From the human T2T-CHM13v2.0 reference genome, Homo sapiens, in NCBI RefSeq assembly GCF_009914755.1, contig NC_060935.1: DNA of 64,000 nt; one strand, 5' to 3'. The position numbers and the translations under genes were made by a program. The notes under the pieces are model-generated. The model was not told the DNA's origin, did no database searches, and saw only the letters and a list, made by a program, of their open reading frames with translations. Below are positions 13,321 through 28,600 of this stretch, in pieces (position 1 is the stretch's first letter; each line of letters begins with the position of its first letter).

Positions 13321-13615
13321 AGGAAGTGACGCTAAATATTTTTATAGGTAAAAGTTTTAATTTGATCTTTTTTTGGTCCAGGTAACTTGGATTCATCATA
13401 TGCTTTTTCTCCTGGACAATCAGCCAACACAATTATTCAGTACCTCATCTGTAAACTGCACTGTGTCATTGCTGTGGTTAGTGCTAAAGAAATGTGAAGT
13501 ATGTCCTTTGTTCTCAAGGATCTTATGAAATACCTGGGCAAACAAAACTAACAACCTGAATTATGTTGTATCATACTACTGTTAAAATCCTTCAATGGCT
13601 CTCTATTATAATTAG

Positions 13616-13971
<356 letters not shown>

Positions 13972-14029
13972 TAGCGTTTATCTCTATGTTTGAAGGCTGT
14001 TTTATGTGTACACCTGTAACTTTCTGCTC

Positions 14030-14856
14030 TTGGGTTTGTTTTTCTGGCCACGAGTATGCTAATCCTGCACAGGGCCAGCTGTAAGTAACAGAGAGTTAAT
14101 GCCTGACAGTGAAGGGATTTGGTTAATAATGAGCTCATGTCCATCCATGGTGTCACAAATGACAGCATTTTTTTTAATGGGTGAATAGTATTTCATTGTG
14201 TATATATACCACATTTTCTTTATTCATTTGCTGTTGGATACTTAGGTTGATTCTATATCTTGGCTTTTGTAAATAGCACTGAAATAAACATGGACATACA
14301 GATATGTCTTCAATATACTGTTTTCCTTTCCTTTGAATATGTACCCATCAGTGGGATTGCTGGATCACATGGTAGTTGTATATTTAATTTTTTGAGGAAC
14401 CACAGTGGGGTGAAGTTGGTTTGAACAGCAGGGTATTGTATATTACAAAATAGCTAGAAGGGGGGCTTTTGAATGCCCTTATCACAAAGAAATAATACAT
14501 GCATAAGGAGATGGATATGCTAGATACCCTGATTTGATCATTTTACAACATAGATATGCATTGACACATCAAATTGTACTCCATAAATACGTACAACTGC
14601 AATTTTAAAAGTAATGAAATTATACATTGAAAAATAAAACAGCCCAGCTTCCCGGCCTCCTGGGTGCGTGTTCTACTTATACTACTTTTTGGAGTTTCTC
14701 AGAGGGATTGAGACGCAGGTGCAGCCTGTTCAATGACACACCTTTTATTGGCTTCATTTTCTTTCTTCTCGGTCCCACTGCCATATCTTCTAAATAAACT
14801 GTGGCTGCTCAAACTTGTCTCAGGACTTGCTTCTGGGAGGGTCCAACCTATGTCAA
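14030..14856 (+). mobile_element. ERVL-class LTR (LTR16/LTR33-like) split by an L1
   Basis: 3' end aataaactg...cttgtctcaggacttgcttctgggagggtccaacctatgtca resembles this LTR group. Confidence 0.6.
14135..14640. mobile_element. 5'-inverted L1 (L1MA-like): minus-strand ORF2 end 14135-14403 joined to plus-strand 3' UTR ~14425-14640
   Basis: gaatagtatttcattgtgtatatataccacattttc (minus), then ggatatgctagataccctgatttgatcatt...ccataaatacgtacaa (plus). Confidence 0.8.
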
Positions 14857-15308
14857 AGGCTCTGTGTGGTCTGGTTGATGCCTACCTCCCAACCTCAATT
14901 CACGCCATGACATTTTGCTCATTGCGTTCCAGCCACACTGGCTTTTCAAGTTGTTTACACCTGTTCTCTCCCTATGACATGTTATTTTTTCTTCTTTACA
15001 TGATTGGCTCTTTCTGATCCTTCACATCTGTGCTTAAATGTTACACCAAGGAGGATGTCTTTCACAACCCCAGTCAAACATAGTCTTCCATGTTCCAACC
15101 TGGTCTTTGCATTCACAGCATTTACCACCCCTTATTACTGTACACGTGTCTGTGTGTTACTGATATGTGATCTGCTTCCCGCTTGAAAACAGTAAAAAAA
15201 GTTCCTCGAGGGCAGAAACACATCTGTTTTCTTTACTATTTTATATGCAGAGTTTAGTACAGGGTCTGAAAAAATAGTTTGCATTCACTACATATTTGTT
15301 GAATGAAC
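14857..15308 (+). mobile_element. L2 3' region
   Basis: ccagccacactggc...gagggcagaaacac...atatttgttgaatgaa. Confidence 0.8.
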
Positions 15309-15464
15309 ATAAAATACCAGAATATAAAACAATTTGAGAACAACTAAGTAGGCTCTGAGTGGTGTTGGATAGAGTGAAACTGGAAAAAAGGAGAGAAGTT
15401 AGGGAGGGCATTGTATGGAACTGCCCTCAGCCTTTAGAAGTAAGTAGGATTTATAGATGAAATG

Positions 15465-15700
15465 TGGCATTGGCTGAGCACCTGTTATGTGCTGGCATGC
15501 TAAGCATTCTAATAATAGGCATTACATAATGTAATCTTTACAACTTTGCAACCTGGCAAAAAGTATTCCAATTTTTAAAATGGAGGCATTTAGATATGAG
15601 AGATGAAGTAATTCACCCGTAGCCACAAAGCTAGTAATGATTAGTGCCACTCTTTAAACCCAGGTCTTCCTGTTACCAAAGTACATTTTCTTTTCAGTAC
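15465..15700 (-). mobile_element. MIR
   Basis: tgagcacctgttatgtgc...gccacaaagctagtaa...aaacccaggtct. Confidence 0.7.
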
Positions 15701-16105
15701 TATTTCAAAATGTGGGTGTTGATTATACAAATCACCAGGTGACAAAGTGTGGATGAAGTAGAGCAAACCATTATCCCCCCTGAGAAAAAAGAAAGCATTT
15801 GACCCAGCAAGCATAATCAGTTACATAATTTCTGTTACATCATGCATGATGAATTGAAAGCATTTTGGGAACAGCAAGTGTGTTAAAAGTGCAGAGACTA
15901 TGTTTCCACATCTATGAACATGGTAATTGTGACATTTGCCTTGCTTACTTCATTGGATTGCTTGGTACTCAAATGTGAAAACATATATGAAAGTGCTGTG
16001 TAAATTTCTAAATTCCTTATAAGGGCAATTGTTACAACTATCTTGTCTCTCTAAATATCATCTAAAATCACCCAGCATGCATATATTATTAGAAAATAGC
16101 AATGA

Positions 16106-16407
16106 GGGTGGGTGCGGTAGCTCACACCTCTAATCCCAGCACTTTGAGAAGCCAAGGTGGGTGGATCACTTGAGGCCAGGAGTTCAAGACCAGCCTGGCC
16201 AATATAGTGAAACGCTGTCTGTACTAAAAATACAAAAATTAGCTGGGCGTGATGGTGCATGCCTGTAATCCCAGTTACTCGGGAGGCTGAGCCACATGAA
16301 TTGCTTGAACCCGGGAGAGGCAGAGGTTGCAGTGAGCTGTGATCACACCAGTACACTCCAGCTTGGGCAACAGAGTGAGACTCTGTCTCTAAATAAATAA
16401 ATAAATG
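16106..16407 (+). mobile_element. AluS (Sx/Sz-like)
   Basis: Full dimer, (TAAA)n tail, perfect TSD GAAAATAGCAATGA. Confidence 0.93.
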
Positions 16408-17009
16408 GAAAATAGCAATGAAGAAGTTTCATGCTTTGAGTAAAATTATAGAATGAGGGGTGGAAAAGACACTAACAAATACTTTAGTTCATCCACCTGA
16501 TTCTATAATTCTATAAAGATGTACCAAAATACCCAGAAAGGAAGCTCTAGAACAACACTTTAATGAATTATGTGAACAAAATGTCTTAATACTAAATGTT
16601 TTCTACAGTAAAAAGAACCACGAAATTTTATAGACACTAAAGTTAGACTGATAATGTTTAGGGAATACATCCCCTGAGAAAAAATTCTTTGGGAATTAGC
16701 TGAGTTGTCACTTTCCATTTTCCTTGTTTTTTGATTAATAAATTTTAAAATATGGAGTAGAGAAACACCTAACTTAATAGTCTGTCAAAGTAAAAAGGGA
16801 GCAAAGTGATGATTCTTTTCTTCTAAATTCCCAGCTTTTAACACCTACCAGTACCAGATCCACAGATAACAGCTGACCACAAGGCAATTGTCATCGTGTT
16901 TGTTTTTCATCTCTCAGAAGGTCCTATGGCTCTCCGTGTATTTCTACATTCTTCTCTGGGTGTGTACTTAATGTCACTTGCTTCCAACTGCACACTCCTT
17001 GAGGGTTGC

Positions 17010-18048
17010 TTTAGATGATACTATGTCAACTTGGTCAAGTGGGGTACTATATTTCCCAGAATTCCCTACCTGATGTGGTTCCAGTTTAGAGTTGACCAAA
17101 AGAACAATGTGCATGCGATTTGGGATGTCAGAGTGATGCAACAGCCATTCCTCTCAGAAGTTCATCACAGTCAGACATGTTGTCAGACAGACAAAGAGAT
17201 GAGTACCTTGTGGGTCTTAGGTGGTTCTGGCCCTCCTCTGCTCTGCATTCAGCTTGTCCTCCAGACTGTGGGCCCCGATGATCAACAGCAGCTCCAGGCT
17301 GTGCACCCACAGAGGCAGTAGTTAACATAAGGCCAAAATTTCCCACAGACCTCTCCGCAAGTTTCTCTTTTGTGTCCCCACTTTAGCTGCTGGACATGAT
17401 TGTCTCTCACAATTTCCTGCATGCCCCTACTTGTCTACCTATGCCAGCACTTTGGGCAGACTTGTTTAGTGTCTCTTTTTTTTCTGATTGTGCAACTCCT
17501 CCTTCCAGATGTTCATTTCCTTAGTGCCTTCTACTTTGGTATCTCATTCCTGTAACAAAATTTAATGTCTAACAGAGCTCTAATTTAAAAAAATGTTTTT
17601 AGTCTCTGTCTCTTAGGGTAAACTGCAGTGGCACAATCATAGCTCACTGCAGCCTTCAACTCCAGGGCTCAAGCAATCTTCCTGCTGGGACTACAGGTGT
17701 GCATCACCATGCCTGGGTAATTTTTTTAATTAATTTTTTTTGTAGAGATGAGATCTTGCTATGTTGCCCAGGGTAGCCTTGAATTCCTGGACTCAAGAGA
17801 TCCTCCTGCCTCAGCCTCCCAAGTAGCTGGGACAACAGGTGCATGCCACCACACCTGGATAATTTTTAATTTTTTTTTTAGAGACAAGGTCTCTAAAAAA
17901 TGTTGCCCAGGCTGGTCTGGTCTTGAACTCCTGGCCTCAAGTGATCCTTCTACCTCAGCCACTTGAGTCACTGGTCTAATTTCTATAATAGGTCTTTTAT
18001 ATCCATAACACTCACGGTTGTTTTCCTTCTCTGCCTGAATTCTGACAG
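17010..18048 (+). mobile_element. ERVL-class LTR (MER74/MLT2-like), interrupted by Alu
   Basis: tgtcaacttgg...actatatttcccagaattccc; directly followed by the ERVL internal start. Confidence 0.55.
17598..17975 (-). mobile_element. Three tandem AluJ/FLAM-type monomers
   Basis: Right arm, hybrid monomer and truncated left arm, separated by two T-rich linkers. Confidence 0.8.
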
Positions 18049-18588
18049 TTTATTGGTACTGAATGTGATTCTAGAGAAGCAGAACTTGAAGGATGAGAAT
18101 CTGAATCTCTTCTCTGGTCTGGCTGAACTGAAAGCCATCAATGACTGTTGTCATGGGTAGATAAGATACCAGAAGTCAAGGACATATCATAGCATAACAC
18201 TTACTTAGTTACCATCTGTGGTTAGCTGCAGTGAAGGGTTTATAGAAGGCAAGGCTCTGGATGGTCAATAACATGTTGCCATAGAACATTTAAATGTCAA
18301 TAAAGGCCTGTGGTGGTGATTGGCTTCTTCTAATTTCTCTGGAGGAGTTAGAGAAGGAAAATAGTGAGGTCAGGGCTTAAATTCCCAGCTCAAGGTCCAA
18401 GTAAAGAACCAGAGAGTCTCTGTGACTTCCATAAAATAACCTGTATCTACTATAGCCTCAGGTTAAGGTTTCTGAAAATCAATCCCAAAGTTTAATCCTT
18501 TGAGTGGCTGAATTACAACATAAATTGAATTCACAGCCTCACAGAGTCTCTCATGATAAAATTAGGGCATTGGTGTGGAAGACCATCA

Positions 18589-19025
<437 letters not shown>

Positions 19026-19324
19026 GAAATATTATTTTCTCCTCTATCTGAGAAGTTTAATTTACCTTGCCTGAAGAACCTTTAAGGACCCCTCCAGAGG
19101 TAACTGTCTTGTATGGGAGCACTGGTTCTCACCTCAACCACCTGGGAGGTGAAGAAGATCTAGAAGATCTCGTTGCTTCTAGATCTCTAAATGGACTCAA
19201 GTTCTGGAAGGCCCCAGGAGTCACGTACAAGTGTGACCCATGAAAAGCTACTATACACACCAAAAAGATTACAAGATTTTGAAAAAATTTTTTTAACAGT
19301 TTGGTAATTGATTTTTTAAATTGT

Positions 19325-19905
<581 letters not shown>

Positions 19906-20664
19906 CTCAAAATATTTTGATAATTTTTATGGAAAAAAAATCTGAGAAATATGTACAGGAATGGTCAGATCAAGGTAAATTTATTAATATGGGTTCACTG
20001 GCCAGAGATTCTGCATTCAGTGTTTTAACCTGAATGGCTGGGAGTGGCTCTAACAGTTTGTTTTGATGGTTGGATCTATGCAGAGCACAGAAGGATCTTG
20101 AAAAATGGTAAAGTATCATTGGAAACTTACTCAGGTGGTGACATCAATTGCAGCTGCTGTTTCAGATGTGGTTTCTTTACTAGAGCACATCAATATATCA
20201 CCTAGAACCTGGTATGTAGCTATTGATGTGACAGATGCTTTCGTCCCTCTCTGTACTTGTTAGTCAAAACCACCAGAAGTATATTATCATTTTGACAAAC
20301 CAATGCTCTATTCAGCACTCGGTGCATTATTTCATAAATTGTTAACACACTTTATGAAGAACAAAGAAGAGGAGGAAAGAAAGAAGAGCTCTGAGCCACA
20401 GTCACAGGAAAGGAAGTAGGGGGAGAAAAGAAGCTTTGAGTGAGACACTGTATTAGAAACATAGAGATCTGCAAAGGTGATATTTAAAAAGATCTATTAA
20501 TGTGATTTCCTTTTTCACTCTTCCTTGTTTGTGATATCCCTCCTATACATCCAGAGCCTTGGTAAATTTAAATCTTTACACTAAGGATTTGTAGAGAAAC
20601 TCTAGACACTATTTATGAAAGGTTCCTACCTTTCAAGGGAAGGAGTCTGTAGAGAACAAGGGAT

Positions 20665-20830
20665 GGGGGAAAAGAAGAGTGGGGAAGAAGAGAAAGAGAA
20701 AAGAAGGAAGGAAGGCAGGAAGGCAGGAAGGCAGGAAGAAAGGAAGGAGGGAGGGAAGAAGGAAGGAAGAAAGGAAGGAAGGAAGGAGGGAAGGAAGGGA
20801 GGGAGGGAGGGAGCCAGGGAAAAGGAAAAA
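20665..20830 (+). repeat. GA-rich low-complexity tract, (GGAA)n/(GGGA)n
   Basis: Read directly. Confidence 0.92.
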
Positions 20831-21237
20831 GACTAGGGCATTACGGTCTGATGCATGTGTCCTGGCACTCTTCTTCTTATCCTTATGCCTCATTGGAGCG
20901 GGAACACAGAGTATTAGGCATGGTGGAAACATCCAGACAAGCACAGAGAAATTTCTTTGAGGTGGGATCCTCATATAATATGATTATAAGAAGAATGTTC
21001 AGAAGTAAGTGGGAAAGGCTGAGGTCACAAGTTGAATGTGGTACTTTTTACAGAAACTAGGAATTTGGAACTAGGTGACAACATGGCTCATTTTAAAAAG
21101 ATAATGCTAAATTCTTTTCTTGTTTCTACTATTAACATGATTTGTGTCCTTGAGCAGGTGACTACTACTTTATTGGCAGCCATTTTCTTACCAATATCAT
21201 TACTTTGTTAGACTATTTCTTAGCCCTTCCAGTTCTA

Positions 21238-21370
21238 ACATTCATTCATTCACCAAATATCTCTTGAGCATTACTGTATACCAGGCACTATGCTTGGCAC
21301 TAGGGATACTATAATGTATAAGAAATAATTTCTGGTCTCAAGGAGATACAGTCTAATGAAGGTGACATAC
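21238..21370 (-). mobile_element. L2 3' end
   Basis: cattcattcattcaccaaatat...ccaggcactatgct. Confidence 0.75.
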
Positions 21371-22149
21371 CTTCTTTAAAAACCTGCAGTGTGATAATAG
21401 TGATACATAATAGTTACCAGAGTGGTAACAAGTTAGAGGAGACACCTGTGATCTACACCTAGTCTGAGATATAAATCTGAGTTACTTTGTCTCTTTTGAA
21501 CTCAAAGATACCTGCAACTCAGGAATATTTGGAAGACAAAGTATTCAGAATTGGATTTTAAATATTTTTAGAGTTTTTGGAGAAAGAGAAGTTATCTCTT
21601 TAAAAGAAAAGACAAGACCTTGATCTGTAGGCTTTATCAATTTCTATGGCATACGTTCTCTCATCAGGGCTAATTTCAAGCTCTAATGTGATGCCCCTGA
21701 ACATAGAATTGGGGAGAAATACACACATAGGTCTTGTGAACCAACGCCAGCCTGCTCCAGAGCACTCTAGTGCTTCCACCAGTGCTCCTGATAGTCATCT
21801 GGGCTTCCCAGCCATCCCTCAAGGAGGGGCCAATGAAGATGAGACTTGAGGGACCAAAGGATATTTTCTTGTGTGTGCTGGGACACTGATCTGTTTGGGG
21901 AACACTTCACACATCAGGGCACAGAAAATTTGGAGTAGAGGGGATGTAGCACTTTCAGAGTTCCAGACCCTCCTCATTCTTATCTGGGAGTGGCTGGTCT
22001 GTTTCAGTCCCTGCTTGCAGTCGCAATATTATAGAGAGACACTGCTTCTCCTGAATGGGTTTCTATGGCAACCTCACCCAGCAGGCAAAGAACAGCACTC
22101 TAAGCTTCAGCCGGAAGATTGGGAGATAAAAATATATTTTGATTAATCC

Positions 22150-22650
22150 AGGACCCATGCATGACTGAGACTCAGGAATCACCTGAAAACATAACGCCAG
22201 TCAGGGTGAAATTTGCATACTTTTCTCTTCAGAAAAATGAAACCCTCAGACAAACGAACCAATGCCTTGCCTTTATTATTACGGCTCTTTCTATGAGGCT
22301 GGATTTTGCTAGTATCTTTTCTTCTCTGAATTTCTCATTCTGGGTACATCATATTGCAAAAGAGCCTGTGGCCTCTGAGCTGACTTGGTCCAGTAGGAAA
22401 ACAGGAAAAACAGTTCGTATTTCAGAATCGACTGCCACAGCCTTGAGACCTGAAATGTAGCCCCCATCCATGAGTCAGTGAAATATCTGTATTTCTTAAT
22501 TTTCTTTCCTTAAAACCACACTCTCCCTGACTACCTTGCAAGTGAACGGTGAGGCTCAAATGAGGTCATAGATATGGAACGTTTTTGGAAAAAAAAAGAA
22601 AAGCTTCTATGCAAATGTAGGGTGTGATGATGACGATTATTAATATGCCT
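22150..22650. promoter_or_regulatory. Candidate enhancer (AP-1, two octamers, nuclear-receptor half-site)
   Basis: ATTTGCAT 22211, TGAGTCA 22471, TGAGGTCA 22561, ATGCAAAT 22609 in repeat-free DNA. Confidence 0.3.
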
Positions 22651-24271
22651 TGGGCTTGGTTGAGGGAGGAACCGAAGGAACAAGCAAAGCTCCTGCTCCT
22701 GGAGGCAGCCAGGGGCTGCAGCTCTCTGTTAGCACGGGGTGGATGCATTCTCAGACGATCAATGTCCATGAGGCTGCACATCTATCCCTGCCACACCAGC
22801 GGTGTAGACTCACTGTGTTTTCATTCCAGAAGGGTTCCCTTCTTCTATCCCCACACCCTCCTCAGAGATCTTCTCTTCCTCCCACTCCAACTCCCCCTAA
22901 ACCCAGATTTGCTTCAGCCTGTCTGCTTCTATTTCCTTCATGCTTGAATGTCAGTGAACACACAGCCTCCTTCTGCTTAAACTCTGTAGCCCACTTCTTT
23001 GCTCAAGGCATATTATTTTTCTCCTGTAAGTTCCAAGGCTTTGGCCTACTCAGCTCTGTGATCTTCAGCTGTTGCCTCGAGTTTGGGCTTTTGTTCCACG
23101 CCCACATCCATCTTCACAACAAGGAAAGGGCTCATTAAAGCACACTAAGAGGTCTTTAAAATTCGAGGGAGGTAGGTCATTTTTAAAATTTACTTTTATT
23201 TTTATATAGTGCTCCTTTTTTTAAAAAAAAGAATCTTTTATTTTGAAACAATTATAGGCTCACAGGAAGTTCCAAAAATAGTGCAAATAGTTCTATGCAC
23301 TCTTCACCCACCTTTTGTCGATGACATCTTATCTAGCTGTAGTATGACCTTAAAACCAGAAAGTTGACATTTGTACCTTGGTGTTAACTAGACTACGGGT
23401 CTTATTCAGCTTTCACCATTTTTAAAAACTGCATTCATTTATATGTTTGTGTGTGTATAATTCTATACAATTTTCCCGTGTATAGGTTCATATAACCACC
23501 CTGATGATTAAGATCCAGAATCGTTACATCACCCCAACAGAATGCCCATGCTACATCTTTGTAAGAATGCCTTCCCGCATCCCACTCCACCCGCCATCCC
23601 CAATCCCTAGCAACTGTTAATCTATTTTCTGTCTGTATATTTTTGTCATCTCTAGGATGCTCTATTAATGGTATCATGCAGTATATAACCTTCTGAGATT
23701 GACTTTTTTTTTTTTGGCAAGCACAATACCCTTGAGGTCCCTCCAGGTGTGGCATGTATCAACAGGCCATTTCTTTTTTATTGATGAGCGGTGTTCTATT
23801 TTACGGGTACATCAGAGTTTGATCAACCATTCACTAGAAGAAGACTTCTGTTGTTACCATTATTTTTTTATAAACAAAAGTTGCTACAAGCAATCGTATA
23901 CAGGTTTTTGTGTGAACACATTTTCATTTATCTGGGATAAATACCCAAGAGTAAAATGCTGGTAACTGCATGTTTAGTTTCATAGGAAATGACCAAACCG
24001 CTTTCCAGAACGGCTGTAACCTTTTGTCTTTTCACCAGCAACCTATGAGTGGTCTAGTTACTCTACATCCTTGCCAGCTTTTGGTGTTGTCACTATTTTT
24101 CATTTTAGCTGTTCTGAAAGGTATGTAGTGCTATCTCATGCAGTTTTAATTTGCTAATAGCTAATTATGCTGAACATCTTTTTATGTGCTTGTTTGCCAT
24201 CTACATCTGTCTTTCAGGGAAATGCCTGCTCATTTCTTCTGCACATTTCATAATTGTTCTGTTTTCTTTAG

Positions 24272-24573
<302 letters not shown>

Positions 24574-25095
24574 TGAGAGTTCTTTATGCAGTCTAGATAC
24601 AAGGTGTTCTAAGATACATGGCTTACATATATTTCCTCACAGTCTGTAGCTTGTCTTTTCAATCTTCTAAGAAGGTCTTTAACAGGCCAACAATTTTTTA
24701 TTCTGAGGCGGTTTAATTATCAATTTTATTTTACATATTGTGCTTTGGTTGTCATATTTAGTAAATCTTAGCTTCTAAAACTTTTATAGTTTCACATTTT
24801 TACATTTAAACTTATGATACACTTTGAATTAATTCTTATATATTATGTGAGGCTTATGTCAAGGTTTATTATTTTTGTCTATCAATGTCCGATTGCTCCA
24901 TCACCATTTGTTGAAAAAGATGATTCTTCCTCCATTGAGCTGGTTTTGCAGTCTGTCAAAAGTCATTTGGGCATATTTGTGTTGGTCTTTTTCTGGGTTC
25001 TCTATTCTGTTGCATTAATCTATGTGTCTATTCCTCCACCAATACTATACTATCTTGATTACTGTAGCTACATTATAAGTCTTAGCCTCAGGTAG

Positions 25096-25458
<363 letters not shown>

Positions 25459-26424
25459 TAGATTTATACCTAGGTATTTCATTTTGGGGGACTAATTGTA
25501 AACGATATTAGGTTTTTAATTTTTGTTTTCCACATGTTCATTACTAGTATATAAAATACATTTGATTTTTGTGTGTTAATCTTGTGTCCTGTGAACTTGC
25601 TGTACCTACCCATTAGTTCTATAAACTCTTCGTTGACTTCTTGAGATTTCCTATGTAAATAACCTCATCATCTGCAAATTTAAAGTTCTATTTCTTCCTT
25701 TCCAACAGATACACCTTTTATTTCCTTTTCTTCTTGCTCTGATTAGGACTTCCACTACTCCATTGAGTAAGAGTAGTGAGAGTGGACATCCTTGCTTGGT
25801 TCCTAATCTTAGAAGGAGAGATTCAGTCTTTGATTGTTAAGTATCATGTTAGTTATAGATTTTTACAGATGCTCTTTATTAGGTGGAGGAAGTTTCCTCC
25901 TATTCCTAATTTGCTGAGAGTTCTTATCATGAATGGATGTTGAATTTTGTCAGTTGCCTTTTCTCTATCAATGAATTAATTTTCAAGCATCAAAACAGCC
26001 TTACTGGTTTATTCTAGCCCTTGCCCCATTTGGTTATGATCTATAATTGTTTTTATATATTGCTGGATTTGATAGGGTAGCATTTTCTTGTTTTCATATT
26101 TTTGCATCTAAGTTCATAAAAAATATTAGTCTCTATTTTTAACTTTTAGCTTTTTTCTTTACTGTATACAGGTTGGGATATTTCGGTAATACTGGTTTCA
26201 TAAAATGAATTGAGAAGTGCTTTTTCCTCTTCTAGTTTCTGGAAGAGATTGTGTAAAACGGATGCCAATCCTTTTTAGAACTTTTGGTAGAATTCTCCAG
26301 TGAATTGGCCCAAAGAGTTCTGTTCTAGAAGCTTTCAAATTGTGGATTCAATTTCTCTAATAGTCATAGGACTATTCGGATTTACTTATCTTATACTGGG
26401 TGAGGCCTTTAACATTTATAAAAT

Positions 26425-26975
26425 CCAAAATCTGGATTCCCCAGAAAGCAAGGCTTGAGGACAAACTTTACGGGTTATTAGTTGGTTAGGTGGGCAATCC
26501 CAGAGAGTGGGAGTAAGGAGAAAGGAAGTAAGGTGTGGGAGGAGGGAGAACCAGCATGAGGGTGTGTTACTAAGCTGGCATGAAGCAGGACTAGCTGCTA
26601 GATTTCACAGGATCTCATGCTAAAAATGCCTGTTTCTCAGGAAAGTTTCTCTGAGGGAGGAAGAGAGAAGAATTTATCCACTGGTGTCCATTGGTCAGAG
26701 TGCGTCACACAGGGTCAATTTCTCTGATGCTTCTGAGCAGCTCAGGTGTAAGTGTCCAGCTGTCCAGTGGGTCTCACCTCAGAGTCAGCAAACGATCTCC
26801 TGGGCAATAGATGCCAACTCAGGTACGAGGGAGGCACTGTCAAACTGTGCCTGCTTGAAGTTGGTCAGTTGAGTAGAGGGTTGTTACAATGAGTAGGACA
26901 GGAACGTGCATTCCAAGCCCTCTAAGATGGAGAAGCTAACAGGATATTAATTAGGTGGTGCAGAAGAGGTGTCCT
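26425..26975 (-). mobile_element. ERVL-class LTR (LTR33/LTR16-like)
   Basis: ggattccccagaaagcaaggcttgag...atcccagagag...gagggtgtgtta. Confidence 0.6.
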
Positions 26976-27959
26976 GGGCTGTTGAAAAGCAAGAGAAAAA
27001 GGTTTAAAAAAATAAGTCGATCACTGGGTATATTTCAATAAATCTCAAAATAGTTCCCTATTTAGTATTTAGTTTTCATTTGAAATTTAAGTGGAGTTTC
27101 GCCTGATGTTATTACAAAATCTTCCTTCCCTTGTGCAATTTACCTTCATCTTTTGTATCTAGGGATGGTGTTTTTCAATTTCCCATTTCTTTCAGAGAGG
27201 ACTCCTTCCCCTCTGAGATCCCCCATGTTTCCCCCTATAAAGGAGTTCTGCTGGGCATCACACAGGAGAGTATAGATGCTTCTAGACTCTAACAGCCCCT
27301 TTAGAGTCTTAGGTGGCTCAAGACAAGTGTCTCTACTCTGAAAGGTCATCCTGTCCTATATATGAAAAGTCAACTTGGACCATTCCCTGAGAGTAAATAT
27401 TCCTTTTTCCATGGTCCCTAGCATAAAAGGCCACCGTAGGAGCCGCTGGGTTGTGTTTCCAAGCAAGACAAGCCTCAACAATCCCAAACTGATGAGAGTT
27501 TATTAAAATTTTAAATTAAATTTTATTTGTTATCAAAGTAATACATGTACATAATTTTAAAGTAAAATAGCACCACAGGGTTTACACGATAACGGCTCTC
27601 CCAGCTTTATCACTCTCCACTCCCAAGGCCCATCCCCTCCAGGCAACCACTTTAATCTCCGTTAGCTGTTTCTTTTGATATTTTCCTCCATATTTCAAAA
27701 CAATATGACGGTGCTGCTATGTCTTTATTTATTTTCATTTTAGACATATTTATCGATTTCCTATTATAGGAGATGAGGGTTTAGCACATTCACACTTGAA
27801 TTTTGCCTTCCCCATCCTATCAGCTTGGTTCCAGGGGCAGTGTTCCAGACGTTTCCTAACTGCTTGAGTAACATGCAGAAGAGTTATTGACTGCCTGGCC
27901 AAACCAGTGCGTAGCAAATGAATATCAGTTTTTGTTTGTTTGTTTATATCAGTAAATAG

Positions 27960-28195
27960 CGTAAGATAGATAGTAGATGAATGCTCAAATTCTGAAGCCA
28001 GACTTTCTGTGTTCAATTCTGGTCGGCCATGTTTAGTTGCACCAGCTTGGGCAAATTACTTAATGTGTCTGTGTCTTTTCTGGGGATAATAATAGTAACG
28101 ACATCACAATATTTTGTGATCGTTAAATAAGTAAATATAGGTAAAGTACTTAGAGCAGTGCTATGAAAAGCCATATATGTGTTTGCTATTATTAT
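27960..28195 (+). mobile_element. MIR
   Basis: tctgaagccagact...ttgggcaaattacttaa...ggggataataatagta...aaagtacttagagcagtg. Confidence 0.85.
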
Positions 28196-28600
28196 AATTA
28201 TATTATTATTCTTATATAAGACCCTCTTGCTGAGCCAAGAGAATATAATTATATTTCCTTTTTTGTACCCTTTTTATATCTTATGTGATTAATATTTGCT
28301 TTGTCTTCAAGTTTGTTTACTTCTTCATGACTCTATCACAAAATCTTCCTACTTTTCAAAAGAACTACAAATGCCCCTTCCGATACTGTTTCCATATAGA
28401 TAATCAGGTATTATTCCAGTTTTATCCTTTTTTTTTTTTCCTTCTGGGTACATCTTTGCTGGAATCTTTTGTGATCCTTTTTCAGTCTGTGCTGGCTGCT
28501 CTCTAAGCCTACAATACATCCGCCGTCCCAAGGCTTCACTTTGCAAATCTACCGTGTTAAAAATCTTATTCACCAATATGTCTTCTTTCTTGGTTTAATC

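Noticed and set aside
22650-23138. 162-aa ORF in non-repeat DNA
   Set aside because: Starts at a non-ATG codon, has no recognisable domain or codon pattern, and overlaps other short ORFs; consistent with chance.
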